Source: Pontiella sp. (GTDB taxonomy: Bacteria; Verrucomicrobiota; Kiritimatiellia; Kiritimatiellales; Pontiellaceae). From it: a stretch of 64,000 nucleotides of DNA. How positions within the stretch are numbered: position 1 is the stretch's first letter; the number at the start of each line of letters is the position of its first letter. Below the pieces are notes generated by a model, which saw only the letters and a program-made list of their open reading frames with translations, did no database searches and was not told where the DNA came from. Of the stretch, positions 19,492 through 29,560 are shown in pieces. The DNA lies in the NCBI GenBank assembly GCA_050290185.1, contig JBNKHE010000001.1, positions 354,713 to 418,712 on the forward strand, read 5' to 3'. A program made the position numbers and the translations under genes.

Positions 19492-20628
19492 TCAAAAAGA
19501 ATTGCTTTCAATCCGGCTGGAGCGCGACAGAAAAAAGACCCGAACCAGCAGGAACAGCAGGAACGCGGCAGCCATGCCGCCGAAGTCAACCAGCCAGTCA
19601 TGAATGCCGGGCGTCCGGTCAAGCGTCAGGTATTGCAGCGATTCCGTCGCCGCAGCGAACAAAAGAATATCAAACGCCACCTTATAGAAGTAACTACGAT
19701 GCTGCTGTTCCAAGGCGGCGGACAGGTAGACGAGAAAACAGAGCGAAGCAAACAGAGTAAAATGACCAGCGCCGTGTACTCCACCAACCCACCCGCTGAA
19801 TTCCTCGATTTTCGATTCTTCGGTTGATTTTTTCGCGGGAGGCTGAACCGGCTTGCCGGAATGAGGTTTTGGCTTGGCAGCCGCAACCACCTTCTCGACG
19901 CCCTCCTTCGTATAATCGGTGGTATCTTCGATCCACTTTTCCGGCATCATGACTCCCACAATAATTGCGATGGCATTCAGCAGGATAAGCAACCGGAGTC
20001 TTCGCCGGTCCAGCCGGCATCGATGATAGTAAAGAAACCCCATGGCAATCCACAGACCAGCAAACAGGAACTGCCAGCGGATATAGGAGGCCCGCAACCG
20101 AATCGCTTCAACGACCAACCGGTCAAACTCGGCCTTTCCCTCGGAACCGGTTTGCTGGATAACCAAATCTACCTCGACGGCCTTCCCATCGATCTCGAAA
20201 ATATCCTCGTGCGGAATCCAATCCGTGGTCCCCTCTTCCGCAATAACACCATGGTGACCGGGAATCCACTTGTTGTGCTGGTCATACTGGATCAGCAATA
20301 GGCGCGCGCAACGCCACGGATTTTTGCCGACAACCACGCCATCGACCTTGGCTCGCCCGCGGACACGAATCATGCCGTATGCCGCGCCGTCCGGCAGACG
20401 GAAATGGATATTGGCCGGTTTTCCGCCTCGCGCGACATTCAGCGTAAAATGACCGTTGGTTTCGGTACAGTCGCCCCGAACACGGGTGGCATTGGTCAGA
20501 GATGGCGACTCCAGCAAAACGGGGCCATCGAGCTCGTACCGGTCGTAGAGCCCCCAAAAAAGCAATGTGGCCGCCAGCAACACGAGGGCTGGCAGCCGCA
20601 TTCTGAGTTTTTGTTTCCAGTCGTTCAT
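19492..20628 (-). CDS. VanZ-family membrane protein with periplasmic beta-sandwich (CBM-like) domain
   Basis: C-terminal GHFTLFA...ATESLQ...RTPGIHDWLVD (VanZ). Beta-rich region between TM1 and TM2. Confidence 0.72.
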   Translation of the reverse strand: MNDWKQKLRMRLPALVLLAATLLFWGLYDRYELDGPVLLESPSLTNATRVRGDCTETNGHFTLNVARGGKPANIHFRLPDGAAYGMIRVRGRAKVDGVVVGKNPWRCARLLLIQYDQHNKWIPGHHGVIAEEGTTDWIPHEDIFEIDGKAVEVDLVIQQTGSEGKAEFDRLVVEAIRLRASYIRWQFLFAGLWIAMGFLYYHRCRLDRRRLRLLILLNAIAIIVGVMMPEKWIEDTTDYTKEGVEKVVAAAKPKPHSGKPVQPPAKKSTEESKIEEFSGWVGGVHGAGHFTLFASLCFLVYLSAALEQQHRSYFYKVAFDILLFAAATESLQYLTLDRTPGIHDWLVDFGGMAAAFLLFLLVRVFFLSRSSRIESNSF

Positions 20629-20668
20629 GCGGAGGAAAAACCTACCATCTACCGCATAAATGCCGACA

Positions 20669-21688
20669 TTAATCTTTGTGCACTTTCACCTTGGCGCGGA
20701 ACACGTGATGAATAAACCACGTATAGCCCAGCACGATCGGCATGCCCGCCACGGCAATGATCAGCATGCAGAACAGCGTCAGTCTGGACGATGACGAATT
20801 AAATACCGTCAGGCTCCATTCCGGCTCATTGGTGCAGGGCACCATATACGGAAACACCGCGGTAGCCGCTGCCAGCATCACGAAGGCAATCGTACAGCTC
20901 GATGCAATAAAGGCGCCCTTCCCCTTCGCCAGCTTGTTGAACATGAAGGAGAGCGAATGGGCAACCAGCGCCAGCAGGATTATGGCCATCGGAATGTAAC
21001 GCTTGATGGGCAACCCTTCCATCGTCCGGATAAAGCCCCCGCGCAGGCCCATGGTTACAGCAACCATGAACAGCACCAGGAAGACGAGCCAGGTGGTGGA
21101 TGCCCATTTACGTGCATCGGCGGCAATATCACCGTCCAGCTTCATGGACAGATAGAGTGCGCCGTGATGCGCGAACATGGTCAGCCCAACGAGGCCGCAA
21201 AGCAGCGCAAACGGATTGAGTAGCGCGAAGAAGCCGCCGGTGTAGTCGCCGATGGGGCTCAGTTCGAGTCCCATCAACACATTCCCGATGGCCACGCCAT
21301 AGAGGATCGACGGGAGAATGCTGCCGAAGGCAAAGGCGAAATCCCAGGCCTTGGTCCACGCCGGGCTATCGACCTTGTCGCGATATTCAATCGCAACGGC
21401 ACGGAAAATAAGCCCGAGTAGAACCAGCATCATCGCGAGGTAGAACCCGCTGAACACGGAGGCGTAGACCGGCGGGAATGCGGCAAATAATGCGCCGCCA
21501 CCGGTGAGCAGCCATACTTCGTTGCCGTCCCAGTAGGGTTCGATCGAGTGAATGAACGCGGTGCGTTCCCCTTTCTTCTTGGCGAACAGATGCCAAAAAC
21601 CAACGCCTAGGTCGAAACCATCAAGAATGGCGTAGCCTATGATGAGAATGCCGACCAACAGGAACCAAATAATCTGAAGCGCTTCCAT
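20669..21688 (-). CDS. cydB: Cytochrome bd ubiquinol oxidase subunit II
   Basis: YAILDGFDLGVG, PYWDGNEVWL, LFAAFP, LNPFALL, SLTVFNSSSS. Confidence 0.96.
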   Translation of the reverse strand: MEALQIIWFLLVGILIIGYAILDGFDLGVGFWHLFAKKKGERTAFIHSIEPYWDGNEVWLLTGGGALFAAFPPVYASVFSGFYLAMMLVLLGLIFRAVAIEYRDKVDSPAWTKAWDFAFAFGSILPSILYGVAIGNVLMGLELSPIGDYTGGFFALLNPFALLCGLVGLTMFAHHGALYLSMKLDGDIAADARKWASTTWLVFLVLFMVAVTMGLRGGFIRTMEGLPIKRYIPMAIILLALVAHSLSFMFNKLAKGKGAFIASSCTIAFVMLAAATAVFPYMVPCTNEPEWSLTVFNSSSSRLTLFCMLIIAVAGMPIVLGYTWFIHHVFRAKVKVHKD

Positions 21689-23047
21689 TTACGCCACCTC
21701 CCCTTCAATTGCTTCAATCGGATCAGGCCCTTTTCGAAACTGCTTTCGCAGGAGATAGATCCACAGACAGCACAACAACGTATAGATCAGCGAGAACATG
21801 ATGATCGAAGCCAGCACCTGGCCGCCTGAGACGGATTCCGATGCCGCATCCTTGGTGCGGAGCAGGTTGTAGACCACCCACGGCTGGCGCCCCACTTCCG
21901 CGGCGACCCAACCCAGTTCGTTGGCCACAAATGGAAGCGGAACAGTGATCGCCGCCGCCCACAGGAAGATCTTGTAGTCGGTCAATTTCTTACGAAGCCA
22001 CAGAATGACACCGACAAAGGAAACGAATGCAAACCAGAGTCCGAGCAGGAACATGAGATGGAACGACCAGAACGAAAGCACCACTGGAGGGCGGTCTTCC
22101 TTGGGGAACGACTTGATACCCCGCACTTCGGTATCGAACGAACCGCCCACGAACAGACTGACCAGACCCGGTACATGGAGGGAAAAGGAGTTCTTTTCCT
22201 CCTTCTCGTTGGGAATCCCGAACAGCATCAGCGGAGCCTCGGTCTGCGTTTCCCACAGACCTTCGAATGCCGCCAGCTTGGCGGGCTGGGTCTGCGATAC
22301 CTGATATCCGTGGTGATGGCCCGCGAACATGGTGAGCAGGATCACCGCGAAGGCCGGAACCACCGCCGACCGCATCGAATGACGGGCAAACTCGACGTGG
22401 CGGCCCTTCAGGATTTGCCAGGCGGAAGTGCCGAGAATAAAGAATACCCCCACACACAGCGCGGAGGAAATCACATGGAAATAGCGGGTCAACGTGGACG
22501 GATTGAACACCGCCAGCCAGAAGTTGGTCAACACCGCCTTTTGTACTTCAACGCCGTTCATGGTTGAGGTAACCACTTCATACCCGGCCGGGGTCTGCTG
22601 CCACGAGTTCGCCACCACGATCCAGAACGCGGAAAGCGTGGCGCCCACGGCAACCATCAGGCTGGAGAACCAATACATACGCTGCGAAACGCGCTTGCGA
22701 CCGTAGAGCAGAATACCGAGAAAGCTCGATTCCAGAAAAAACGCAAAGACGCCTTCGGCCGCTAGCGGAGCCCCGAAAATATCGCCCACAAATCGGGAAT
22801 ATCCGGCCCAGTTGGTACCGAACTGGAATTCCATGGTGATCCCAGTCGCCACCCCGATGATGAACGTAATTGCAAAGATCCGCGTCCAGAACTTGGCCAG
22901 CTGGTGATAAACCGGGTTGCCGTTTTCCTGGAAACGATTGTTGTAGTGGAAGATCATCCAACCCAGACCGATGGTCATGGGTGGGAAGATATAGTGGAAC
23001 ATGACCGTTAGAGCGAACTGTATCCGTGCGAGCAGAACCGCATCCAT
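21689..23047 (-). CDS. cydA: Cytochrome bd ubiquinol oxidase subunit I
   Basis: LARIQFALTVMFHYIF, EFQFGTNW, FFLESSF, ANSWQQTP, QPAKLAAFEG, EVGRQPW. AAGGAG before ATG 23047. Confidence 0.96.
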   Translation of the reverse strand: MDAVLLARIQFALTVMFHYIFPPMTIGLGWMIFHYNNRFQENGNPVYHQLAKFWTRIFAITFIIGVATGITMEFQFGTNWAGYSRFVGDIFGAPLAAEGVFAFFLESSFLGILLYGRKRVSQRMYWFSSLMVAVGATLSAFWIVVANSWQQTPAGYEVVTSTMNGVEVQKAVLTNFWLAVFNPSTLTRYFHVISSALCVGVFFILGTSAWQILKGRHVEFARHSMRSAVVPAFAVILLTMFAGHHHGYQVSQTQPAKLAAFEGLWETQTEAPLMLFGIPNEKEEKNSFSLHVPGLVSLFVGGSFDTEVRGIKSFPKEDRPPVVLSFWSFHLMFLLGLWFAFVSFVGVILWLRKKLTDYKIFLWAAAITVPLPFVANELGWVAAEVGRQPWVVYNLLRTKDAASESVSGGQVLASIIMFSLIYTLLCCLWIYLLRKQFRKGPDPIEAIEGEVA

Positions 23048-23075
23048 TTTGAGTACTCCTTTTATGTAAATAAAA

Positions 23076-23097
23076 ACATGCACTACTTAGTGCGTGT
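23076..23097. promoter_or_regulatory. Near-perfect 22-bp palindrome upstream of cydA
   Basis: ACATGCACTA-CT-TAGTGCGTGT (9/10 arm match). Confidence 0.35.
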
Positions 23098-23247
23098 ATT
23101 GGAGTTCCCATGAATACAACCCCTAATCAGGTAATTCAATACCAAATTATCGAATTATTTCTTTCAGAGAAAAAGGTGTTCCTGACAGGCAATAAACGCC
23201 TAATGAATCCGTTTTTGGAACGAAGAAAAAAGCTTCTGGAGGAAAAT

Positions 23248-24030
23248 ATGAATAATCGAATTCCTATGATCATCGCAGTACTTTCATTGGTCGCGGCAGT
23301 CGGCGGCATTTCCGTAGGTGTAAAAGCCTCGAATGATAAGATCGCCGCTCAAAACGAAGCCAAGACTTTACGCGATCAATTGAACTCCAAAAACAATACC
23401 ACCAAGCCCGCCCCTGAATCGCCCACCCCGCTGGTCGCGATCAAGGAACTTTCATCCATCGGAACCAACGACGTGGCGGAGCTGCAGGAGCAACTCGCCG
23501 CCCGCGATGCGGAACTCGCTCGTCTCCAGGCTGAAATAGAAAGCCGGAACAACCGTGGCCCGCGCCAATCCTTTCAGGATCGCATGGCTCAGCTGAAAGA
23601 GGAAGATCCGGAGCGGTATGCGGAAATCATCAAAGACCGCGCCGACCGGCAGCAACAGATGCGCTACGACCAGGCAACCCGTCTAGCCACTTTTGTAAAC
23701 ATGGACACCAGCGACATGTCGGAGGAAGAGCTGGCCAATCATAACCTCCTGGTGGAGAAACTATCCAATTTGTGGAAAGTAACCGGAGAATTCGACCCCG
23801 AAACCCCGCCGAACCGCGAAACCATGCGCGAGCTGTTCGGCTCCTTCCGCGAAATCGGCGATATGATGGACCAGGAACGATCCTACATGCTCAAGCAACT
23901 CGGTGCCGATGTTGGTTTAGCGGGCGAAGATGCCGATAATTTCACGGCGTACGTCGAGGATATTATCGAATCGACAAGCATGCGCCCCCCTGGGCGAGGC
24001 AACCGCGGCTCTCGCCAAAGCGGAAACTAA
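23248..24030 (+). CDS. Hypothetical membrane-anchored coiled-coil protein
   Basis: GGAGG RBS before ATG 23248, N-terminal TM, heptad-like ELQEQLAARDAELARLQAEIE. Confidence 0.75.
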   Translation: MNNRIPMIIAVLSLVAAVGGISVGVKASNDKIAAQNEAKTLRDQLNSKNNTTKPAPESPTPLVAIKELSSIGTNDVAELQEQLAARDAELARLQAEIESRNNRGPRQSFQDRMAQLKEEDPERYAEIIKDRADRQQQMRYDQATRLATFVNMDTSDMSEEELANHNLLVEKLSNLWKVTGEFDPETPPNRETMRELFGSFREIGDMMDQERSYMLKQLGADVGLAGEDADNFTAYVEDIIESTSMRPPGRGNRGSRQSGN

Positions 24031-24060
24031 ACCGGCCGGAAACCAAGGCTGTATCAGTAC

Positions 24061-24088
24061 AGGGCAGGCTCAGGTCTGCCCTCCTTTT
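24061..24088 (+). terminator. Rho-independent terminator
   Basis: AGGGCAG-N8-CTGCCCT-CCTTTT. Confidence 0.6.
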
Positions 24089-24186
24089 ATATTGCGCCAG
24101 TGATGGAAACTCCCGCCAATTACGGGTTTGCAATATTTTCGTACCCCAGTAGTATTCCGCGCTAATTTTGAACCAAAGGAAGAACC

Positions 24187-25272
24187 ATGTCCAAAACGTA
24201 TAAAATCACACTCCTGCCCGGCGACGGAATCGGCCCCGAAGTTATTGCGGAATCCGTCAAGGTCCTCGACGCCGTGGCCGAAAAGAGCGGTTTTGCGCTC
24301 GAATACACGACCTGCAACGCCGGTGGCGCCGCCATCGATGCCCACAATGATCCCATGCCCGACTCCGTGGTCGAAAGCTGCAAATCCTCCAACGCCGTAC
24401 TGCTCGGAGCCGTTGGCGGCCCCAAGTGGGACCACCTCACCGGCGCGCTACGCCCAGAAAGCGGTCTGCTGAAAATCCGTAAGGAGCTCGGCGCTTTCGC
24501 CAACCTGCGTCCGGTATCCGTACCTGAGTCGCTCGCTGAAAATTCCCCCTTGCGCAAGGAAGCTGTTGCCGGCCTGGACCTCTTTACCGTCCGCGAGCTG
24601 ACCGGCGGCATCTACTTCGGAGAACCCGTTGGCGAAGAGGGAGAAGGCGACGACAAGAAAGCCTGGAACACCATGATCTACTCCGTCGGCGAAATCAAAC
24701 GCGTCGCCCGCGTCGCTTTCGAATGGGCCCGCAAACGCCGTAATAAAGTAACCAGCGTCGACAAAGCCAACGTGCTGGCCGTTTCCCGCCTGTGGCGCGA
24801 TACCGTCAAAGCCCTGCACGAAGCCGAATACTCCGACGTCGAACTCGACCACATGTACATCGACAACGCCGCCATGCAGATGGTCATCAATCCGCGCCAG
24901 TTCGATGTGATCCTGACCGGCAACATTTTCGGCGACATCCTGTCCGACGCCTCCGCAACGCTCGGTGGTTCGCTCGGCCTGTTGCCGTCGGCGTCAGTCG
25001 GCGGTCCGGTTGGTCTCTTCGAACCCGTACACGGCTCCGCTCCCGACATTGCCGGACAAGGCAAAGCCAATCCCGTTGCGATGATCCTGTCCGTGGCCAT
25101 GATGCTCGATACGCTGGATGAAGGTGCGGCCGCAAGCGCCATCCGCGCCGGCGTCGAAAAGGTACTCAACGACGGCTACCGCTCGGGCGATCTGTGGCGC
25201 GAAGGAAACACCCTGGCCTCCACCAGCGAACTCGGCGACCTGATCCGCGATGCCGCCATTGCCGCGCTATAG
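24187..25272 (+). CDS. leuB: 3-isopropylmalate dehydrogenase
   Basis: LPGDGIGPEV, GAVGGPKWD, RELTGGIYFG, VDKANVL, NIFGDILSD, EPVHGSAPDIAG. Confidence 0.97.
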   Translation: MSKTYKITLLPGDGIGPEVIAESVKVLDAVAEKSGFALEYTTCNAGGAAIDAHNDPMPDSVVESCKSSNAVLLGAVGGPKWDHLTGALRPESGLLKIRKELGAFANLRPVSVPESLAENSPLRKEAVAGLDLFTVRELTGGIYFGEPVGEEGEGDDKKAWNTMIYSVGEIKRVARVAFEWARKRRNKVTSVDKANVLAVSRLWRDTVKALHEAEYSDVELDHMYIDNAAMQMVINPRQFDVILTGNIFGDILSDASATLGGSLGLLPSASVGGPVGLFEPVHGSAPDIAGQGKANPVAMILSVAMMLDTLDEGAAASAIRAGVEKVLNDGYRSGDLWREGNTLASTSELGDLIRDAAIAAL

Positions 25273-25294
25273 ACGATAGCCCTAGAAACGAGAG

Positions 25295-25332
25295 AAAGCG
25301 CAAAGACCGCTCGCCGGGCTTTGCGCTTTTTT
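25295..25332 (+). terminator. Rho-independent terminator after leuB
   Basis: AAAGCGCAAAG-N13-CTTTGCGCTTT-TTT. Confidence 0.75.
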
Positions 25333-25345
25333 GTATACAGGCGGC

Positions 25346-25828
25346 ATGGACACGGTAGTGGAAATTCTTGACAGGTTGCGTAGAAGCAACCAAACAGTCG
25401 CGACGGCGGAAAGCATTACAGCCGGACATCTTCAAGCCATGCTTACATCGGTTTCGGGGGCGTCGGATGTGTTCATGGGAGGCATCACGGCCTACCAACG
25501 TTCCATAAAGGTCGAACAGCTGGACGTCGACGATATCCTTGCCCGCCGGACCGATGGCGTGGATGAAGAGGTTGCCCGGCAAATGGCGCTGGGGGCGCTG
25601 AAGCTGTTCCACACCGACTATGCACTGGCCACCTGCGGCTATGCAGAGCGGAAAGAAGGGAACCCATATGCCTTTTATGCCATAGCCGGTGCCGCAAACG
25701 GCATCCTGATCAGCGAGCACATTGAGCTTAAAGGCAGCCGAACCGAGGCACAGGACGAAGCGGCGCGTACCGTGTTGGAAGCATTCTGCAAACTACTCGG
25801 CGACAAAGCGGGCGATCAACAACAGTAG
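25346..25828 (+). CDS. pncC: CinA C-terminal domain protein (PncC-like NMN deamidase)
   Basis: VATAESITAG, SGASDVFMGGITAY...K, EEVARQMALGA. Confidence 0.75.
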   Translation: MDTVVEILDRLRRSNQTVATAESITAGHLQAMLTSVSGASDVFMGGITAYQRSIKVEQLDVDDILARRTDGVDEEVARQMALGALKLFHTDYALATCGYAERKEGNPYAFYAIAGAANGILISEHIELKGSRTEAQDEAARTVLEAFCKLLGDKAGDQQQ

Positions 25829-26260
25829 CTTTGTGCTGACGATCTCATCCTGGATCGACCGTAACCCCGGCTCCAGTTCCACCTTTTCGCAAACCGTGCG
25901 ATCCGCCGAGCTAACGCAACAATATGCCCGGTCGGCATCGGCCCGCTCGTGGTTCGTCTGCAATGCCGCGGTACAGGCAATCCCCAACGCACGACCCGCA
26001 TAGGGGGCAACTTGTTCCAATGCCGTTTGCGCCATTTTTCGGGCTGCCCCTTCAGAGCAATAGGATGAAGGCGGATCGTCCAGGAAATCATCCATGGCTT
26101 CACGGCTATACGGAATTCGCACATCGCAGACAAAGCGCGAAGCACCCGGTCGCGACAGCAAAGCATGAACGGCTCCAATGCCGCCGCCGGCAACGGCGAA
26201 GGAGGCTTGGAAGCCGGAGCCGAGAATGACTTCAATCAGGTTTTCCCGAATTCCATCCAT
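25793..26260 (-). CDS. Stand-alone divergent CinA-fold protein
   Basis: AVAGGG...LLSRPGASRFV...PYS...CSEGAARKMA...LGIACTAAL; lacks the AES motif. Confidence 0.65.
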   Translation of the reverse strand: MDGIRENLIEVILGSGFQASFAVAGGGIGAVHALLSRPGASRFVCDVRIPYSREAMDDFLDDPPSSYCSEGAARKMAQTALEQVAPYAGRALGIACTAALQTNHERADADRAYCCVSSADRTVCEKVELEPGLRSIQDEIVSTKLLLLIARFVAE

Positions 26261-26289
26261 TTTCTGAAAACGCCCTCGGGGCGCCCGTT

Positions 26290-27063
26290 CTAGTCTTCCA
26301 CCACACTCACGGATTGGATCAAAACCGGTGTTTTCGGGACATCGGCACCTGCAGTCGGCACTTCCTTGATCGCATTGACCACATCCATGCCTTCGGTCAC
26401 TTTACCGAATACGCAATACCCCCAACCATCCTGACCGGGATAATCGAGAAAGCCGTTGTCCTTCACGTTAATGAAGAACTGCGCGCTGGCACTGTGCGGA
26501 TCCGGGGTACGTGCCATGGCAATGGAACCGACAACATTCTTCAATCCATTGCTTGCTTCGTTTTCAACCGTGCGGGGTGCCGGCTTTTGGTTCATCGACT
26601 CATCGAATCCGCCTCCCTGGATCATGAAGCCGTTAATGACGCGGTGGAAGATGGTGCCATCGTAGTGTCCCGATGCTACATAACTGAGGAAGTTTTCGAC
26701 GGTTTTCGGGGCTTTTTCCTTATCGAGTTCCAGCTGGATATCGCCCATGGATGTTTTCATTAAAATCATGATCTTATTTTTCTCCTGTTCCTTTGGTTGT
26801 TCAATATTTACTGCAGGTTCCACGGCAACCTCAACGCGGGTTTCGGTTGCGGACAGCACTGCTTGCTCTTGCGATTCGGCGGCTTCCGCCTCTGCCACGG
26901 GTTGTTCGGAAGCCTCGGCCTCCTCCAACTGAAGTTCATCACCGGATACATCCTGAATCTGATCCTCGACAGGTGCACGCTCCTGCTTCTGCATCGGTTG
27001 AGTCGATTGGCAACCAGACAAATAGGCAGCCAGAACAAGAAGTGGAAATAAATGCTTCAGCAT
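26290..27063 (-). CDS. Cyclophilin-type peptidyl-prolyl isomerase, lipoprotein
   Basis: Lipobox LSGC, acidic linker, APKTVENF, FHRVINGFMIQGGGF, AMART, QFFIN, GYCVFGKV. Confidence 0.93.
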   Translation of the reverse strand: MLKHLFPLLVLAAYLSGCQSTQPMQKQERAPVEDQIQDVSGDELQLEEAEASEQPVAEAEAAESQEQAVLSATETRVEVAVEPAVNIEQPKEQEKNKIMILMKTSMGDIQLELDKEKAPKTVENFLSYVASGHYDGTIFHRVINGFMIQGGGFDESMNQKPAPRTVENEASNGLKNVVGSIAMARTPDPHSASAQFFINVKDNGFLDYPGQDGWGYCVFGKVTEGMDVVNAIKEVPTAGADVPKTPVLIQSVSVVED

Positions 27064-27150
27064 AGGTCCTCCTTACAGTTTGTGAGCGGATAAAAATATT
27101 GGTCTGCCCAAAGGATGTCGATAAAGTTCAGTCCATTTTCGGATAGATCT

Positions 27151-28101
27151 ATGGCTACATGCAAACAGACAAGAAGAGCATTGCGCCGCCCGTTTGAAAC
27201 GGGCGGCTTTCTCTTACTTAAAGCATTCATCCCGCTTTTACCGCGTCTTGCGGTGGTTGCACTGGCACGCATGGCCGGCGGCATGGCCATGCTTTTTCCT
27301 CTTCCCGAGCGCCGGATTGGCATGAAAAATATCGATGCCGTATACAGAGACACTATAAGCGTTACTCAAAAACGAAGGATTCTCAGAAGCTCATTAACCA
27401 CCTTCTGCCAAACCATGCTTGATGTCTTCTGGTTTTCCAGAAATCCAGAGAAACGTATTCTTAAATTCGTGACGTTTGACGAAAGCGCAGCCAAAGAGGC
27501 TCTTTTCCGCAACGAACCGGCAGTTTGCATCACAGCACACATCGGTAGCTGGGAGATCATGGGCCAGACCTGCGCCCTGCTGGGCGTCGACTTGGCAAGC
27601 ATTGCAGCAACCGTTAAGAATCCTGTTGTGAATCGCATTCTAATCGAACAACGGGAACGTACGGGACAGACGATCATCCCACAAAAAGGAGCGCTCAAAT
27701 CCTTGATTGCGCGGTTCCGGAAAAACGGGAAAGCGGCCTTCGTGCTCGACCAGAACACGCCGGAAAAGAAAGGGGGCATTGAAGTCAATTTTCTTGGGCT
27801 TCCCATGTCGGTATCGTCCGCTCCCGCGGCACTGGCCTACCGGACATCCACCAAGATCATATTCGGCTTCTGCCTTCCGGAACCGGGTGGGCGCTACCGC
27901 ATCCGCATGACAGACTGCATTACCCCTCCGCCCTTCGAAAAGGATGCGGATCCAGACGCAATCGTCAGGGAACTAACCCAGCGCATTCAAGACATAATAT
28001 CCGCCGAAATCCTTAAGCATCCCCAATACTGGCTTTGGTCCTACAAGCACTTTCGGCAACGCAAAAAACGGTGCTACCCAAACCACTATCCGCGGTACTA
28101 A
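27151..28101 (+). CDS. Lipid A late acyltransferase family (LpxL/HtrB-like)
   Basis: TAHIGSWE, KNPVVN, VLDQ, VNFLG, HPQYWLWSYKHF. Start uncertain (27115 or 27151). Confidence 0.85.
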   Translation: MATCKQTRRALRRPFETGGFLLLKAFIPLLPRLAVVALARMAGGMAMLFPLPERRIGMKNIDAVYRDTISVTQKRRILRSSLTTFCQTMLDVFWFSRNPEKRILKFVTFDESAAKEALFRNEPAVCITAHIGSWEIMGQTCALLGVDLASIAATVKNPVVNRILIEQRERTGQTIIPQKGALKSLIARFRKNGKAAFVLDQNTPEKKGGIEVNFLGLPMSVSSAPAALAYRTSTKIIFGFCLPEPGGRYRIRMTDCITPPPFEKDADPDAIVRELTQRIQDIISAEILKHPQYWLWSYKHFRQRKKRCYPNHYPRY

Positions 28102-28161
28102 AACCTTGGCCTTCCCCGTTGCACCCACTATGGTTTTGCGGAATCTCAATGGGGCGCGGCC

Positions 28162-29550
28162 ATGTCGGACACCAACAACCGCATTAAGGAACGAATCAAT
28201 TTCTGCATCAAAGGTGAGCTTTGGGAGCAAGTCCCCAAGTTCCTCGAAGAAATGCATCCGGCCGACATCGCCGAAGTTATCAACCACGCCCCCGCCAGCT
28301 CCCAGAACAAGCTCTTCGAGCTGTTAAACGACGACATCAAACCGGATGTACTGGCCGAACTTGACGACCAGGCCGAGGCGGACATCCTGGATGAGATGAC
28401 CGCGGAAGAAATTTCCGACATCATCGAAGAGATGGCTCCCGACGATGCGGCCGACGTGCTGGGCGAATTGGAGAAAGAGCGCAGCGCGGAAATTCTCGGA
28501 CTGATGGAAGCAGAAGATTCGGAGGAAGTGCGCGGGCTACTCCAATATGGCGAGGAAACCGCCGGCGGCATCATGACCACCGACTTCGTGGTTGTCCGCG
28601 CCTCGTTGACAGCCGCGGAAGCGATCGACTACATCGGATCACTCGAACTCGATGAACCCGTCTACCATGCCTACGTCGTAGATGCCGAAGGACGTTTGAG
28701 CGGATATGTCCAGCTTTGGGAACTGTTGAAAACAACGAACCGGAACCTGCTGCTTTCAGATTTAGCAGAACAAGAACCCATTACCGTCCATACCGATACC
28801 GACCAGGAAGAGGTCGCCCGCATCGCTTCGAAATACGACCTCAGCTCGCTGCCCGTACTGGACTGGCAGGACAAGCTCGTGGGCCGGATCACCGTCGATG
28901 ACATCATGGACGTCATCGAGGAAGAAGCTTCGGAAGATATCTTCAAGCTGGCTGGTTCCAGCGATGTCGAGCTCGATGACACCTCACCGCTTCAGGCGTG
29001 CAAAGCCCGGCTTCCATGGTTGATGATCACTCTGATCACCGGATTCATCACCAGCCTGATTCTCACCAGCTTCGACGAACACCTGAAGCTGGCGGGCATT
29101 GGTGCGCTCATTGCCTTTGTTCCCATTATTATGGGCATGGGCGGCAACACCGGCATTCAGTCTTCTACACTGATCATTCGCGGCATCGCCCTCGGCGCCA
29201 GCCACAGCAGGCGGATTATTAAGATCATCACCCATGAGATTATTGCCGGTGCCACGATGGGTCTGATTTGCGGAGCAACGATCGGCTTGTGGGCCCATTT
29301 CCTCATTGCCAGCAAAGAAATTCCGATGATCGCTCCTTCCTACCTCGCTCTCACTGTCGCCATCGCCCTGTTCAGTGCCATGGCATTCGCCGCGGTCTTT
29401 GGAGCGTTGGTGCCCGTGCTGCTCGACCGAATAAAAGTTGACCCTGCCGTGGCCTCCGGTCCATTCGTAACCTCTTCGAATGACATCTTCGCCCTGCTGA
29501 TCTATTACGCGGTAACGATCATCATGGTCGGTGCGGCCCACTTGCAATAA
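28162..29550 (+). CDS. mgtE: Magnesium transporter MgtE
   Basis: HPADIAE, PDDAAD, TAGGIMT, GRITVDD, RLPWL, GGNTGIQS, DPAVASGPFVT. Confidence 0.96.
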   Translation: MSDTNNRIKERINFCIKGELWEQVPKFLEEMHPADIAEVINHAPASSQNKLFELLNDDIKPDVLAELDDQAEADILDEMTAEEISDIIEEMAPDDAADVLGELEKERSAEILGLMEAEDSEEVRGLLQYGEETAGGIMTTDFVVVRASLTAAEAIDYIGSLELDEPVYHAYVVDAEGRLSGYVQLWELLKTTNRNLLLSDLAEQEPITVHTDTDQEEVARIASKYDLSSLPVLDWQDKLVGRITVDDIMDVIEEEASEDIFKLAGSSDVELDDTSPLQACKARLPWLMITLITGFITSLILTSFDEHLKLAGIGALIAFVPIIMGMGGNTGIQSSTLIIRGIALGASHSRRIIKIITHEIIAGATMGLICGATIGLWAHFLIASKEIPMIAPSYLALTVAIALFSAMAFAAVFGALVPVLLDRIKVDPAVASGPFVTSSNDIFALLIYYAVTIIMVGAAHLQ

Positions 29551-29560
29551 AGGGCATTCC

